Positions 39,301-51,329 of a stretch of DNA of 64,000 nucleotides are shown one piece after another. The stretch is from Botryllus schlosseri. Taxonomy: Eukaryota. How positions within the stretch are numbered: the stretch's first letter is position 1; each line of letters starts with the position of its first letter. The notes beneath the pieces were generated by a model. It was not told the origin of the DNA and did not search any database. It saw only the letters and a program-made list of their open reading frames with translations. The position numbers and the translations under genes are program-made. The stretch lies in NCBI GenBank assembly GCA_051294905.1, contig CM119372.1:12030001-12094000 (forward strand). Direction: 5' to 3'.

Positions 39301-41657
39301 CGATTTATCAGTGTGTCAACAGGCCTGGGAAAATCGTATAAGCATGCCGTAAAGAATGGGGACGACGGGCACGGAACATCATTGTTTCAACTCAGATTCG
39401 TGTTGCATATATACGTGTGCAATGAATTTCTCTTGTTTGAATATTTTCATTCCTATCATTACCATTTTGAAAATCCATACCAAACCGTTGTGCGTTATTA
39501 GCAGTGTCATTGAATCCGCTGTTAGACACTGGAACTTTAAATAGTTTCGGGCTGAAGGTTTACCGACATGAGTCATATTTTTCAAGTACCATAGTTGATC
39601 ACACATTTGATAATCTATCAGTGAAATTCACCGAAAAATTAGTTGACATTATTGCAATCGAAACGCTCAATTAATTCTTAGTTTAAACAGAATCACATAA
39701 GCATATTCGCAGTACTCTATTTCATCAGAATGCGCCTCACTTCAAAAAACCGAAACGACAAATGAAGGTTGCCAATCGCGGAAATGAGAATGAAAACAGA
39801 AATCTACATGCTTCGCTAATATGGCAGCAAACCCACAATCACAAAGACAATGTCTACTGTTGTGCTCCAGCAGAATGTACTCACAATATCCAGAACATGT
39901 AGGCTGCACGTAAAAACAATTAGGAACGGAATAATATGTAACTTCCTACATTCAGGAAGAAAATGTCAGTGTTAAATTGAGTCACTAATATTTTACTACA
40001 TATATGACTTTTGGGCTTGGAGATATGTGGATTAGACCTATAAAGCTAAATAAAGATTCTTAGTCAGACTTTGAGGAATCTGGTCCATTTCATAAGTCAA
40101 ATACAACCCAAGAAAATAAATGTCATACCAGTATCCGGATTTCGTTTCTTTATAGGGAATGAACTATCTTTTGGCAAATATCACTGTAAATTGTTGACAC
40201 ACCTATATAGCAAACAAGTTCGGGGCTACAACATGTGGCATGCAAACTGCTCAATGCCTTGTCTTGAACCATTGAGAATTAGACTGATCCAGCAATCGTG
40301 AAGAAAGAATTTGAAAAGTCGTTTCACTGACAAGGCTGGCTCTTATTTGCACAATATTGAAATATTACTTACGTTTCTTGGTAACAGACAATGCATTTTG
40401 CACCAACACTGAAAGAACCAGAAACAATGCAATTCTTGCAGACCTATTATGAAAAAATAACATCCATTTGGAAATGAAATAAAAACTAAAAGGAAATGAT
40501 ATCTTGATAATTAGTCACAAGGAAACTGTAAATGGGACACTGCAAAATTAAAATTTACACATCAAAATGAAATTAGCATTTAACCAAGCGTGTAGCAGTA
40601 ATCAGAATGATGGCAATAATAAAAACAATCCAGCCAAGATACAGGGATTTTGATTACAGAGAAAACGCTTTTCACCCTCTCTTCAGTTCTCTGGAGGGAA
40701 TTTGTCTGATGGGGGCGGAGGGGGCCTATGGTAATTGCAAATTTTACCATATTTCCAATATTTTATTTCACATTATTCACTGCACAATTAAATATTGTCT
40801 TGAGAATATGTGTTTTTGCTGAAATTTGGTGCCACAATTGAGATTTGTCTTTTCGTATAAACAACATGTAAGCTATCATGATATCAACTGAGAATACGAG
40901 ATTTGAATAAACAGGAACCCACTGACAGTGTGGTATGATTACGGCATTTAGAGGAACCCTTGTCATTACTATTATTTAATTCTTATTTAATTTAGAAAAT
41001 GCGATGTTGGTAGATGGAACCAGGCCAGGATTACACCAATCAAACAGTAGTTTCCCCTGTGAAGTAGCATGTGTAATTCAATACAGCGTGACCACATCTG
41101 ATTTTAAAATAATACCAGTATTCTCGAGTGATTTCCTTCAATGATCCCCCAGTCTCACGAACTTCAAGCTTACACTGCGGAACTAAGTTATGTCTCCTGT
41201 TATTAACATTACGTACCTTATGTTTGCATACCGGGCATTGAGTCGGCGCGTTGAATATGATCCCCATTTTACTGTTACATCTCGCACAGACTCGTTGCGA
41301 ATAGGAATGGTCGGCAAGTTTGGCGCCTTTTCTCTTCACGTCTCTCAATTCAGCCTTCAACTTTCTGCGTTACCGAACGGATCGCAAAAATTCAGGCAAA
41401 CTGTAATGGAACGGTACCATCGCTAATTTGAGTTTCATACATTACTCTCTGTTCCTCTTTGACGCGGACTTGTTCATCGCGGTGAATGACTTGAAGTATC
41501 GCATCCCTCTCTTCTTCCGTTAAATAGCCGATATCGACTGCGCCGAGCCAAGTCTTTATAAATCACAGTATTAATGCAGTTTAGAGCATTGAAAATCTCA
41601 AATACACAGACTAACCTGAGGTTGGCGGTATAATTGTCCGTTTCCGACTGCAGCCAT
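30391..41657 (-). CDS. SYTL4: Synaptotagmin-like protein (SYTL4/granuphilin- or SYTL5-like Rab27 effector): Slp homology domain with zinc finger plus tandem C2A/C2B, 17 exons, about 771 aa
   Basis: Exons 41657-41616, 41553-41441, 41364-41217, 40443-40373, 38952-38837, 38775-38689, 38136-38022, 37957-37850, 37786-37634, 37564-37473, 35523-35264, 34875-34795, 34730-34645, 34585-34411, 34355-34194, 32704-32514, 30706-30391. All GT-AG and in phase, 2316 nt. Motifs: [26 protein letters not shown]...CARC...[12 protein letters not shown]...[41 protein letters not shown]...[12 protein letters not shown]. The linker exons and the start codon are less certain than the domain exons. It is probably co-orthologous to SYTL4/5. 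Confidence 0.9.
31723..31959. mobile_element. hAT-like MITE with AACTAG repeats in the last SYTL intron
   Basis: TIR (C/T)AGACTTGTACAAA, TSD GAGACTTG/GAGAGTTG. Confidence 0.82.
33104..33732. mobile_element. Buster-type hAT MITE
   Basis: CAGGGGTGTCAAAC / GCTTGAAACCCCTG, TSD CTTTAGAC/CTTCAGAC. A related inverted copy lies at ~60820-61557. Confidence 0.85.
36170..37291. mobile_element. hAT derivative with ~320-bp inverted arms and transposase scraps, inside an ACTCG-repeat MITE (~35920-37390)
   Basis: 36180-36495 is the reverse complement of 36982-37275. Right end GGGCGCCCCTG. Minus-strand [20 protein letters not shown] resembles the hAT transposase segment KIVNFIKSRALNHRLFAELC. Confidence 0.7.
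38188..38644. mobile_element. GGAGTC-repeat MITE (TIR CAGGGCTGTGGAGT); others at ~25400-25542 and ~59198-60070
   Basis: CAGGGCTGTGGAGT / ACTCCACAGCACCG, with GGAGTCGGAG arrays. Confidence 0.75.
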
Positions 41658-41722
41658 ACTTTTCAAAAGAGTCCGCCTTTCATCTCTCGAAACAATATCA
41701 TTGCTACTTGGAGTATATAACT

Positions 41723-41735
41723 CTGACAAAAAAAT
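41723..41735 (-). promoter_or_regulatory. Unpaired 3' splice acceptor (TTTTTTTGTCAG) upstream of the SYTL ATG, candidate SL trans-splice acceptor
   Basis: Polypyrimidine tract plus CAG between the LEKR1 stop (41853) and the SYTL ATG (41657). No AATAAA lies in the interval. Confidence 0.5.
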
Positions 41736-41852
41736 GATATAAATCGTACAGAGAAGATTGTACCGAAACAGTGATAAATTTTGAAGAGCTATAATTTGCG
41801 AAGAAACAGTGTAAAAATACGTCAAAAATTGTTAGAAATGTGTATCAAAGGC

Positions 41853-43952
41853 TTATTTTCGTTTGATAGCCGCCGCGATACGACGGCGTGCGAGTTCAGC
41901 TAATTCTTCCGACTTGGCATTGGACATATTCTGTGTCGTATGGTTGCCGTTGAACATTATGTCTTTTACTCGAGTCATGGCATCCGCCGCTTTGATTTCA
42001 GACAAAGATTCCAGAGACGCACGGCTGCTATGCCGTTGAATTCCATTACTAACCGACCCATTATGAAAATCTTGCGACGGTAAAGAATTATGACGAGACA
42101 TCTTATTAATTGCAGATACGGGCGTTCGCAACGGGGCAGCATCAACCGTACCACCGTTTTTCATCTGATCTTGTACTTTACTCAAAGCTTCCGTTAATTC
42201 AAATCTTTCTTCGCACTCTCTGCGCACCGTCTCCTGCAGAACAGATATCTCCTTGGTGAGCGTCACAGTTTTTTCTTCCAATTGATTTTTCTCATCCATA
42301 CAATCGGCCAATTTTTCTTTCACATCTTTCATTTCAACTTTCAGATTGATGGCGACATCATCGTGCTCTCCGGTTAGACAAATGATTTTCTCTTCCAATC
42401 GAGCAATCATGTTTTTTAATTCCATTTTCTCTTTTTCGTTTTCTTCGCGTGACCGCGAGTGTTCTGTTTTTAAAGCAGTCATGAGATTTTTCGACACGTT
42501 GACTTCATTTTGGAGAAGTTCAGCCTGACGCCTCCATTCCAGAGAATCATTTTCCATGGATTCTTTGTGCCTTAGTGAATACGTTTTGAGTTGTTCTTCA
42601 TGTTTTTCGTTCGCTAATGCTAATTCGATATCGTATCTTTCTTTCATGTGAGATTCTAACTCCATTATTTCGCGTTTGTGGGATTGCTTCAAGTTGCGGA
42701 TTGTTTCTTCATCAGGATCACCGCTGGCTTTACGTAACCTTTCCTTGAAGGTTTCTTTCAGTTGAGATATTTGATTTTGATGGGACACGATCATCAAGCT
42801 TCTCTCAGACTTGAGTGCTTCTAATTCATCCTTCAAGGTTTCCATGTGTTCGTTTATCTGTCTGCTTTCGCCGGAAGTTGAGTTCAACATCATTTTCAGT
42901 CGATCTTGTTGCGAAAGTATGGCTTTCTCTGTTTCCTTCCACTTCGCTTTATCACTCTGCATCCCGTCAATGTCATTCTCCAATATTTTGATTTCTTGAT
43001 GTAGTCTGCGAATAGTTACCTCGGACTCTTTTTCGAACATGTGTAATTTTTGGGTTGCTGCATGTAATTCCTGCTTTTTAGCATCAAGCGCATCGCCGAT
43101 TTGGGACATATTGGATTTATTTACTCCAATTTGTGATTGTAACTGTACAATTTGCTGTTGAAAATCATGCACTTGAGATTGAGCTGAAGCGAGCTCTATT
43201 TTTAATTGGTTATTCTCTACTTTCAGGTCTTCATATATCTTCTTATTTTCTTCTGAAGCGCCGTGGAGTTCATTTTGCATTAGTTTGATGCTTGCTTGTA
43301 AGACTTCCTCATTTCTACTCTTCGATGCTAATTCTTCATTTAATTCATCGATGATCTTGTAATTGTTCTGATTTCTCAAATCAAATTTAGATATAGCACC
43401 AAGTATACTACTTTTTGCAGATTCAATTGTCGCAAAATGATCCTTATTGGTTAGGTCCATTTCATTTTGCATGGCAGATAGAGATATCTTTGATTCCTTC
43501 ACTCTCAACACTAAGGATTCAGCTTGTTGTGACATATTTGTTTTGATAATTTTATTTACACTCTCCAAGTGTTTTATACGAGTTTGGAATTTCTCCTTAT
43601 CAAGTACTGCCGACTGTAATTTCTGTGATAAAACTTCCACATCTCGTACAATCTCCCGCATCGCCAACTCCTTCTGATCAAACTTTGAAGCTAGAAGCTT
43701 ATACTTCTCCGTTGATTTCTGCAGGTCCACTTTCAACCGAGCTTCACTACGTTTAGCCTGTTTTCCTTCGTCGATTTCTTTTTCCAGCTCCTCAATTCTG
43801 TCTTCCAACTTTTTTATTTCGCGATGTATTAAATAACTTACGCCGCAAAATTGGCATACTGTTCCTTCCTCACCCATTTTTTCAATCTCTGACGGGAGTG
43901 GGTGTTGGGGCGTATGTCGCTCCAAAATCGGTGACAAGGACCCCGACTGCAT
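41853..43952 (-). CDS. LEKR1: Leucine-, glutamate- and lysine-rich protein 1 homologue (coiled-coil), single-exon ORF, 699 aa
   Basis: Uninterrupted 2100-nt ORF. The N-terminal HTPQHPLPSEIEKM...TVCQFCGVSYLIHREIKKLE and C-terminal LQETVRRECEERFELTEALS match my recollection of the LEKR1 conserved blocks. A long heptad coiled coil lies between them. Confidence 0.88.
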   Translation of the reverse strand: MQSGSLSPILERHTPQHPLPSEIEKMGEEGTVCQFCGVSYLIHREIKKLEDRIEELEKEIDEGKQAKRSEARLKVDLQKSTEKYKLLASKFDQKELAMREIVRDVEVLSQKLQSAVLDKEKFQTRIKHLESVNKIIKTNMSQQAESLVLRVKESKISLSAMQNEMDLTNKDHFATIESAKSSILGAISKFDLRNQNNYKIIDELNEELASKSRNEEVLQASIKLMQNELHGASEENKKIYEDLKVENNQLKIELASAQSQVHDFQQQIVQLQSQIGVNKSNMSQIGDALDAKKQELHAATQKLHMFEKESEVTIRRLHQEIKILENDIDGMQSDKAKWKETEKAILSQQDRLKMMLNSTSGESRQINEHMETLKDELEALKSERSLMIVSHQNQISQLKETFKERLRKASGDPDEETIRNLKQSHKREIMELESHMKERYDIELALANEKHEEQLKTYSLRHKESMENDSLEWRRQAELLQNEVNVSKNLMTALKTEHSRSREENEKEKMELKNMIARLEEKIICLTGEHDDVAINLKVEMKDVKEKLADCMDEKNQLEEKTVTLTKEISVLQETVRRECEERFELTEALSKVQDQMKNGGTVDAAPLRTPVSAINKMSRHNSLPSQDFHNGSVSNGIQRHSSRASLESLSEIKAADAMTRVKDIMFNGNHTTQNMSNAKSEELAELARRRIAAAIKRK

Positions 43953-44969
43953 GATATTCAGGCTTAATTGTGGTTAGGAAACGACATCAACAGACAACAT
44001 AGACCTCAATCCTAGCGAGACGACAAAAGTACGCTAATTTTTTACGTGCGAGTTGCGACGAAACCAAGTAAACAAAAAAAATAACGTTGATCATGGAATT
44101 TTATTTTATTGCTACCTGCCAAGTTATGCATGACTGACGCTCCAGTTGAAACACTTCATAGTGAGTATTGAAAAGTGAAAACTACTCCAAGTCCAAGCCG
44201 TTTCGAATCCATCCATTATTTGCATTTTATCGTGTTTTTAAATGATAAAATTAGTCTTAAGCTGAACAGACCTCGCTCGGGTAATGAATTCTGACAGAAA
44301 CGTCACTCAAGCTTGAACCTTGGAGGTGGTCAGTAGCGAAGTACTTCTACTTTTTCGAAATACTCAAGTAGTTTTCCCCTACTTGCAGTACCTATTCAAG
44401 TAAATCCACTTTCCCGCTACCTCTACTTCGTAATATTTTGTGATCTACTTGATTACCTTTTGCTAATTTCATTTTGTCAAGTAGAAGTAGTTTAGCCATA
44501 GTCGTTTATAGCGGTGCAGCAGCAGTTTAGGTAGTGGGTGACGTGGTTCCCTTCACACTGCATTGTTGCCCATATGAAATATTTCATCACAGTAAGTATG
44601 GCCCATCATAACGTTTAAACTACCGTTTCGCAATCTAGCATTTACCTATCGTCATATTTTCCACGTTTTAGAAGTAGCAATTATATATTTCTCTTCCAAT
44701 TCCCTTATAATAGATTTAAAAAATATCTACTTAATTACCTCTTGTCGCTGTATTAACACTATTTCCCTAGCTCGCCTGGAAATTGCTTCATTGATCATTT
44801 GATCATTTGCTGCCATCGTTTAATTTTTTCTTTTTTCTTTTCCTTTTTTAACTAAAACTTTTTACAGCCAGACTGTATAGAGACAAGTGTACCTGTTTTA
44901 TGCAGGTGTGATCAGACTAGTTGACCTTCATGGTCGTATCGATCATTCCTATCTGATACCGAATACTGT

Positions 44970-45000
44970 GCCTCTCCCTCTCCCTCTCCCTCTCCCCTCC
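44970..45000. repeat. (CTCTCC)n microsatellite
   Basis: CCTCTCCCTCTCCCTCTCCCTCTCCCCTCC. Confidence 0.85.
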
Positions 45001-45064
45001 GTACAGAGGTGGTCTCTGATGAAGCACATCTACCTTTCGCGAGCACTCAAGTATAGGATTTGCT

Positions 45065-45485
45065 CTGCTTCGAAGAATAAATTACTTCCATATCTGCGGA
45101 CATGTCACAAATACGTCTACGAATAGTATCTTTTGACACTGGAATCGTTTTCTATTCTTCCCCATCTTTGGTCCGAAAGATATTTTTACAATTCTAGTGC
45201 AAGGTTGAAGAATAACGTTCTCCGCTTTCGCTCCGTGAGATTTAGAATTTTTCGCTATTACCTTTGCTACCTCATAAGAACTAACCCGATGCGATCTTGT
45301 AGAAACTTTGATCTGCGCTTGTATACTTTTTCCTAAGATTTGTTCGACAATAAACTCCGCCCACTACACTATTGTCGGTGTAATTAACCATCGCGTCGAA
45401 GAGGCCAAGCACATCGCCACAGACGAATACAGAGGATACAGAGGACATCAACAAACACATTTCCACGAGGATCGTGTATAGCACG
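45065..45485 (-). pseudogene. Decayed hAT Buster/Charlie transposase fragment (ZBED5/SCAND3-like)
   Basis: Frameshifted translation VCGDVLGLFDAM ... SYEVAKVIAKNSKSHG..ENVILQPCTRIVKISFG ... IETIPVSKDTIRRRICDMSADME matches the family pattern ASYxVAxxIAKxxKPHTIGExLIxP...IPLSxxTIxRRIxDMSxDIE. A candidate TIR end AAGGTTGAAGAGCACTG lies at ~46975-46991. Confidence 0.8.
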
Positions 45486-46994
45486 CGTGAGGAGTTCTAC
45501 TGGCACTGGCTATCACCCGCAATTCAATTATAGTTCCAACGAACCGGAATAATAACCTCAAAGGCTGGGAAATTTGCTAACTGATATAATTTGATCAACT
45601 TTACTTCCCACTTATCGGATTCGTTGCTTGTAACATAACGTTGCGCTCCGTGCCTACATTTAACGGGAGTGCCGGCACGCTATACTTAACAATCGCTATG
45701 TGGATGACTATCGTTCGTCATTCGAATTTTTAAACGTGAACAAAACTGAACACTGAACATGAACATCAATTCCAAAGCAGTTCATTTCTCGCTGCTGATT
45801 AGGAATACAATGACGATTTGAAAACTAGATTGTCATACAGATGGCGCCATGCCTAGTTTCCTCTGCGTTCACCGGCGTTAAATCAACGAGTTGTGCAAAT
45901 CTGAATTCAGCCTTCAAGGCAGCACGCTATATGTCTGGTAAAGCGAATTCGCAGGGGTGTTGATTGCGGGCATGACATCAATTTTGATTTGTCAAATGTA
46001 TGAACTTTACATGGAGCCCGTTTCTTTTTATTATTGATCGTTTGCTGTAGACCAGCATTATTTTGCGCATGAATCCGAAGTTATGAATATATCTCTCCCG
46101 GCACCCTTCCGAGACGTAAATGGCACACTAGTGTACCGCGGCACACCGGTTGCACTGATTTAGCATTTCCAATACGTTGTAGCCTTGCTTATCCTTTTTT
46201 CAACGGGCCAGAGGTGACCAAACTGCAGAGGGCAGACGTACAATCGTAAGCACACGTAAAACAATAATTATGCGGCCATCTTTGGCGGCCGTCAATATGC
46301 AATTTGAATAAACAAATTGGTTCCCAAATCTTTGTGAGATTTTACTTAAACTTGGAATCGCAAAGGAAAATGATGCACCCCATAAAGAAATACCAAGTCG
46401 GGATCGCGTGGGTCTCACGAATGAAGGTTTATCTGGTACGTTTGGGTAATTCCAATTTATAGTTCGACTATATCGGTCAAACTGATCACGTAGGCTTAGA
46501 ATGGATAGATACAGCAATATATGAAGAAGAAAAAACAATATTATCGACGAAATCAATTTTCCAGGTGGATAAATTTTTCGCGCCCTGCTCCACTATAAAC
46601 GGAATTCGGATAAATTTTCCTAGCATTTATACTCGCGATTTTGTTACATATAAAGTAACTCTGCGGGGGTGTTCTGCTCCTACAATTAGAAAATTTTATA
46701 CGCAAGATATATCTCAAAAAATCAGCGATGGCACAGAACACCACAAGGGTTCTCCGGGGTGCGAAGTTCCCAGTAGCCAATTTAACATGCGTATGACGTC
46801 CAGTTGGGCCTTGACGACTCTCCGCCGGAATGCTTACATGTAATCAAAATACGGACGTGAGTAGCAAAACGATTGAACATCCATGGATTACGCTTACCAT
46901 ACGGAATCGGTGTCTTATGTCGTCAGGGGTGTACGAGTTTCGAGTAAACGTAAAAAGGGTGTACCACGACGAAAAAGGTTGAAGAGCACTGGAC

Positions 46995-47330
46995 TAGTAT
47001 TCATTCAGGAGAAATTGCTTGTATTTCGACTTGAATGCGGACATGCTTGACGACTGTCGGATAGCCGGCGAAGTGCTGTTCCACAATTGGGGTCCTGCAT
47101 ATACTTGATAGGGCAATGCGTTTTCTTGTATTCCGTCCTGATCGTATGATGGTTGTTCTTCGTTGACGCGCGTGTGCCGTACTTATACGCTTTTGACTCC
47201 GAGGTGAAGTATAGTCGTTGAAATTTGAGGGACATTGACCGCAATGTTGATGTACATTGAAGCACGTTGAAGTAAAAAGCAAGTGTAGTAATGCCTCTAT
47301 TTTCCAAAATATAGCTATACTATATGACAT
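46995..47330. repeat. Dispersed repeat family; copies at ~56190-56325 and ~61800-61980
   Basis: Shared GTATTTCGACTTGAATG(C/T)GGA...GACTGTCGGATAGCCGG(C/T)GA...TTGATA block. Confidence 0.75.
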
Positions 47331-48985
47331 TTTTATGATCAGCCATATTTTTATTGACGTATACTAGTCGCGAAAAGTGTTAACACCGTGTCCTACATAC
47401 AACTTCTCCGTATTGCTCTTCGACTAAACTACGGGCCTTATAATATGGGGGAGGGCGCCATGCCATGATATTTTCTAAGACGTGGTGTTCGAGTAATGAA
47501 CAAAGAATTGGTATCGCAATTCCATATCAATGCTATCATTTGCATCCCGATGCGGACAAATGCGTATTGCGTATGCTGTCGAAAATTGATACCTCCTGGG
47601 ATGCATCAATATGAATCAAGCTCTCTACGCCTCCTGTATAGGTATAAATTTGCAGTTTTTACAATCCATGTGAACGAATTACGAACGTTCTCTTAACTAC
47701 TTACTTACTTGAGTAGATTTAAAGTCAGTCAATTCTACTTCAAGTAGTTTTAGGTTGCTTTTAAATGTACTACTTCTACTCGTACTTGTGTAGATTTTTG
47801 CATCGCTGCTTCTACTTCTACTTGAGTAGCTTTTTTGACTACTTTGACCACCTCTGCTTCTGACATGGATTAATGATAAATTATTGCATCAAATATATAC
47901 CTTCGCCGGGGTTGCATCCATTACGATTTGCCTACTTCCAAGCTTACTGGGCATCCTTTTGAAAAGACGATGATATATGAAATGAATAAATATGACCCTG
48001 GAAAGACGAGTGGTTGGTTAAAGGACCGAAACAGCACAGATCCCCCTAAAGCGCTGTTATTGGACCACCCTTAGGCTGATCAAGTACACTTCTGGGGAAC
48101 ATATTAATTTCATCACTACCATTTATATATAAGATACACAAAAACACGCATAATACACACTTTTTCGTGGCGAACTATAAGTCCAGTATCACGCGTATCA
48201 CGAACGAGCCGGAATAAAGTATGCCTGACGATAAACGCAACACATATTTAGTTGTTGCTATTGGCTTACGACACACCCAAATCGCAAGTTATGTTATTGA
48301 AAATTAATGAGGGTTAGTTCTCTATAGCCCCGTGATGTGCAAACATTTTTAAATGTAATAAGTGGATTTAGTTTCAGATAATAATCTTGGAACTTTTATT
48401 TCATACAGTTATTTTGGTCCTATTTCAGCCCACGTTATCAGATTTACCGATGTTTTCTAAAATGTAGTTTGTAAGACACGACATTATAAGGCCATTGTAC
48501 AATGTACATACCACAAGGTTAAGACTATTCACGAGGTTATCGGGGGTTTGCTTCGGACGGGTGCATTGTTATTAGGCGAATTACTTTGTTGGAGCATGTT
48601 GTTATTTCAAGACTTCATGTAAAGATTGTCGCTACTCAAAAGATATTGAACCACGGGGTGCATTCTTTTCCTCTACGGGTCGCATTTGCAACGCGGCTTT
48701 ATCGGTTTTATAGCCGTCAATCTATGGGCCCTCTTCGAGCGTCATAATTCTGTCGATCGTCCGAGTTCACCTCATCGCATTTATTGACGTTCGCTGATGA
48801 TGACGCCGGTAAAAGAAAGTTTGAAGTAAAATTGATTTAGCAATAAGAATGGGTGTTCGCTCTAATAATGAGACAAATATAACTAAGCTTTTACCAACTC
48901 ATTATTTCTCCTACAGTGCTGTGGCCCAGCGGTTGACAACCCATGTTCCACTGCAAATCAGATCAGATCAATGCACGATTGTTCC

Positions 48986-49604
48986 CAGGGCTGTTCAAAA
49001 ATAACCTTTTTTCCTGAATCTTGCGGGTTACTTGATTAAATCGTTAGGTTGCCTTAAAAAATGACGCACACCAAATTTGAATTCATTCCAACCAATATTC
49101 GCGGATTTCGTAGAGTTTGAAAATTTAGAATTTGCCTAAAATTGCAAAAAAAAAAATTTTTCAAATTTTTCTGCCAGCCCTATAAAATTGTTGCGCTGTC
49201 TTCAAAAACGATGCAAAACAAATTTGACTCAATTCGAAGCCGTAGAAGTGGAGTTATTTCAGTTTTTCTTTGATAATTTGGGGATTATCTTTGATTGGTT
49301 GATCATCCCAGAATTATCATCAAAAAACTTGAATAACTCGGCTTCTGCAGCTTGGAATTGAGTCAAATTTGTTTTGCATCGTTTTTGAAGACAGTGCAAC
49401 AATTTCATAAGGTTGGAAGGAAAATTGGAAAAAAAAAATTTTTTTCATTTTTAGGCAAATTTAAAATTTTTAAACTCTACGAAATCCGCGAATATTGGTT
49501 GGAATGAATTCAAATTTGGTGTGCGTCATTTTTTAAGGCAACCTAACGATTTAATCAAGTAACCCGCAAGATTAAGGAAAAAAGGTTATTTTTGAACAGC
49601 CCTG
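48986..49604. mobile_element. Near-perfect 620-bp hairpin MITE, copy 2
   Basis: CAGGGCTGTTCAAAAATAACC ... GGTTATTTTTGAACAGCCCTG, same family as 29669-30269. Confidence 0.92.
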
Positions 49605-50007
49605 AGTACATTGTACGTACACCAGTACAATGGCTCACTGTTCATCGTTTTCCGACATGACAGTGCAACTATATTGTAAAATATTATTGCTGTAAAGTTG
49701 GTCGTTTTGATATAATTATAGCATCGTTTGTCTCAATGAGCTCCAAGGAACGCATGAAGGAATTCAATTTATTTTCGTCCGAACCATCGAGGTGCTTTAA
49801 CGACATAGATGCGAAGGAGCCTTTGGTTATGATATGAGCAGCAGAACTAGCCTCCATCGCTGCTTTAACATATTCTGCAGCATAGGCTTTCAAGAACATT
49901 CATATTTGACTTAACATCGTGTTTCACAATGCACTCGCGGGGTATTAAGTCATCGTGGAATTGACCTCTGTCGCTGCTTCAAAATCTTTTGCATTAGGCT
50001 TACTGTC

Positions 50008-50272
50008 ACGAGGGGTGGGCACAATGTAGCCTACTCGAATCTGAATGGAGTGTGAATTCTATGATTCGAGTTGGCTGGTGAGTGATGATTTTTCTTTTGG
50101 GTACTATGTAGTCTAATATCATGCGCTCCTTGCCACTAGAGTTATAATTTTCACATTAATTAAACTGTTATGATGACATAATTACATGTACTGTGGAATA
50201 CTCGACTCGACCCGCAGCGTAATATACTTGATCGAGAATCGAATCACTCGGGTAATCGATTTAGCCCAGCCC
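50008..50272. mobile_element. Degenerate ACTCG-repeat MITE
   Basis: GGGGTGGGCACAAT ... AGCCCAGCCC, homologous to 51535-52441. Confidence 0.7.
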
Positions 50273-51329
50273 AAACGTTTACTGCCGTAATCGTGCGACT
50301 TTTAATCAGCTAGACATTGATGCGATTAATTCAATTTTTCCCTAGTGTTAATTTTATATATTTATTCGGGAATAATCATCTTAAACAAAATGAGATCCAT
50401 GAACATCACGTAATTGCATTTCATATTTTATCACTAATCAGAGGGTATATGTGAGGTCTTCGATTTGAACGTTCGAGTAGCTCATATAGGGCAGTAATTC
50501 GATGGAATTTGTATATGCTATATCTGCGACTCCCGGTTCGAGAAGCTATGGGTTGAATAATAAAGCATCCCACTAAAAAGGTGTTGATCATAAAGTATAT
50601 ATATCACTAACGCGATGGGCGATGGGCATTACCAATCTGACAAACCACATCGGTAAGCCTTCGCAGGTTTACAACGTTTTTGCTTTAGAAAACCCATAAC
50701 CATCCTGGCATAAATTATTTGGGTTATACAGATAGTATGCTAACTTCAAGGGCCACTATTATGGCAATGAGATAACTTTTCATTTGTTTGCGCCAAAATG
50801 TTTAAAATACTACATAAGTTTATATATAATATAAGTGTCTTTTTTGCACCTCGTTTTCTTGAAGCTCAATAATGTCATCCAAGTATGGACTGTTTGTAAC
50901 TGCTGTCGTAGTATCATTTATATAAGCAATTGGTTGACGTAACAATGCTTTACATTGTGTTTGTTCAGGAAAGTATATAGTGTTGAAATGGATTTTTCAC
51001 CTTCTGCAAATGCTCAGGGAATACTGGCTTTAAGCCTCTTGCCTTCTACAACTTCTCTATTAATCGCTGCATCGGAACTACTTACTGCTATATCACGTAG
51101 GCTGCAATCAAGTTTCGGCTGGATAATATTTCCAAAAGTATTCGCTGACATTCCATTCAGTAGGCAACGTGTTAATCTTTCATAGGGCGTTCACACCGAG
51201 CCCATGAGACAGCTTCGTTAAGAACCACTGCCCCTAAGGTATTGATCCGAAAATAAAACATTCTGGCATCATTTGGGTAGTCCCGGCTGCAAGCAATCGA
51301 TAGGTCATTACAGCGATATCTAGAACTCT

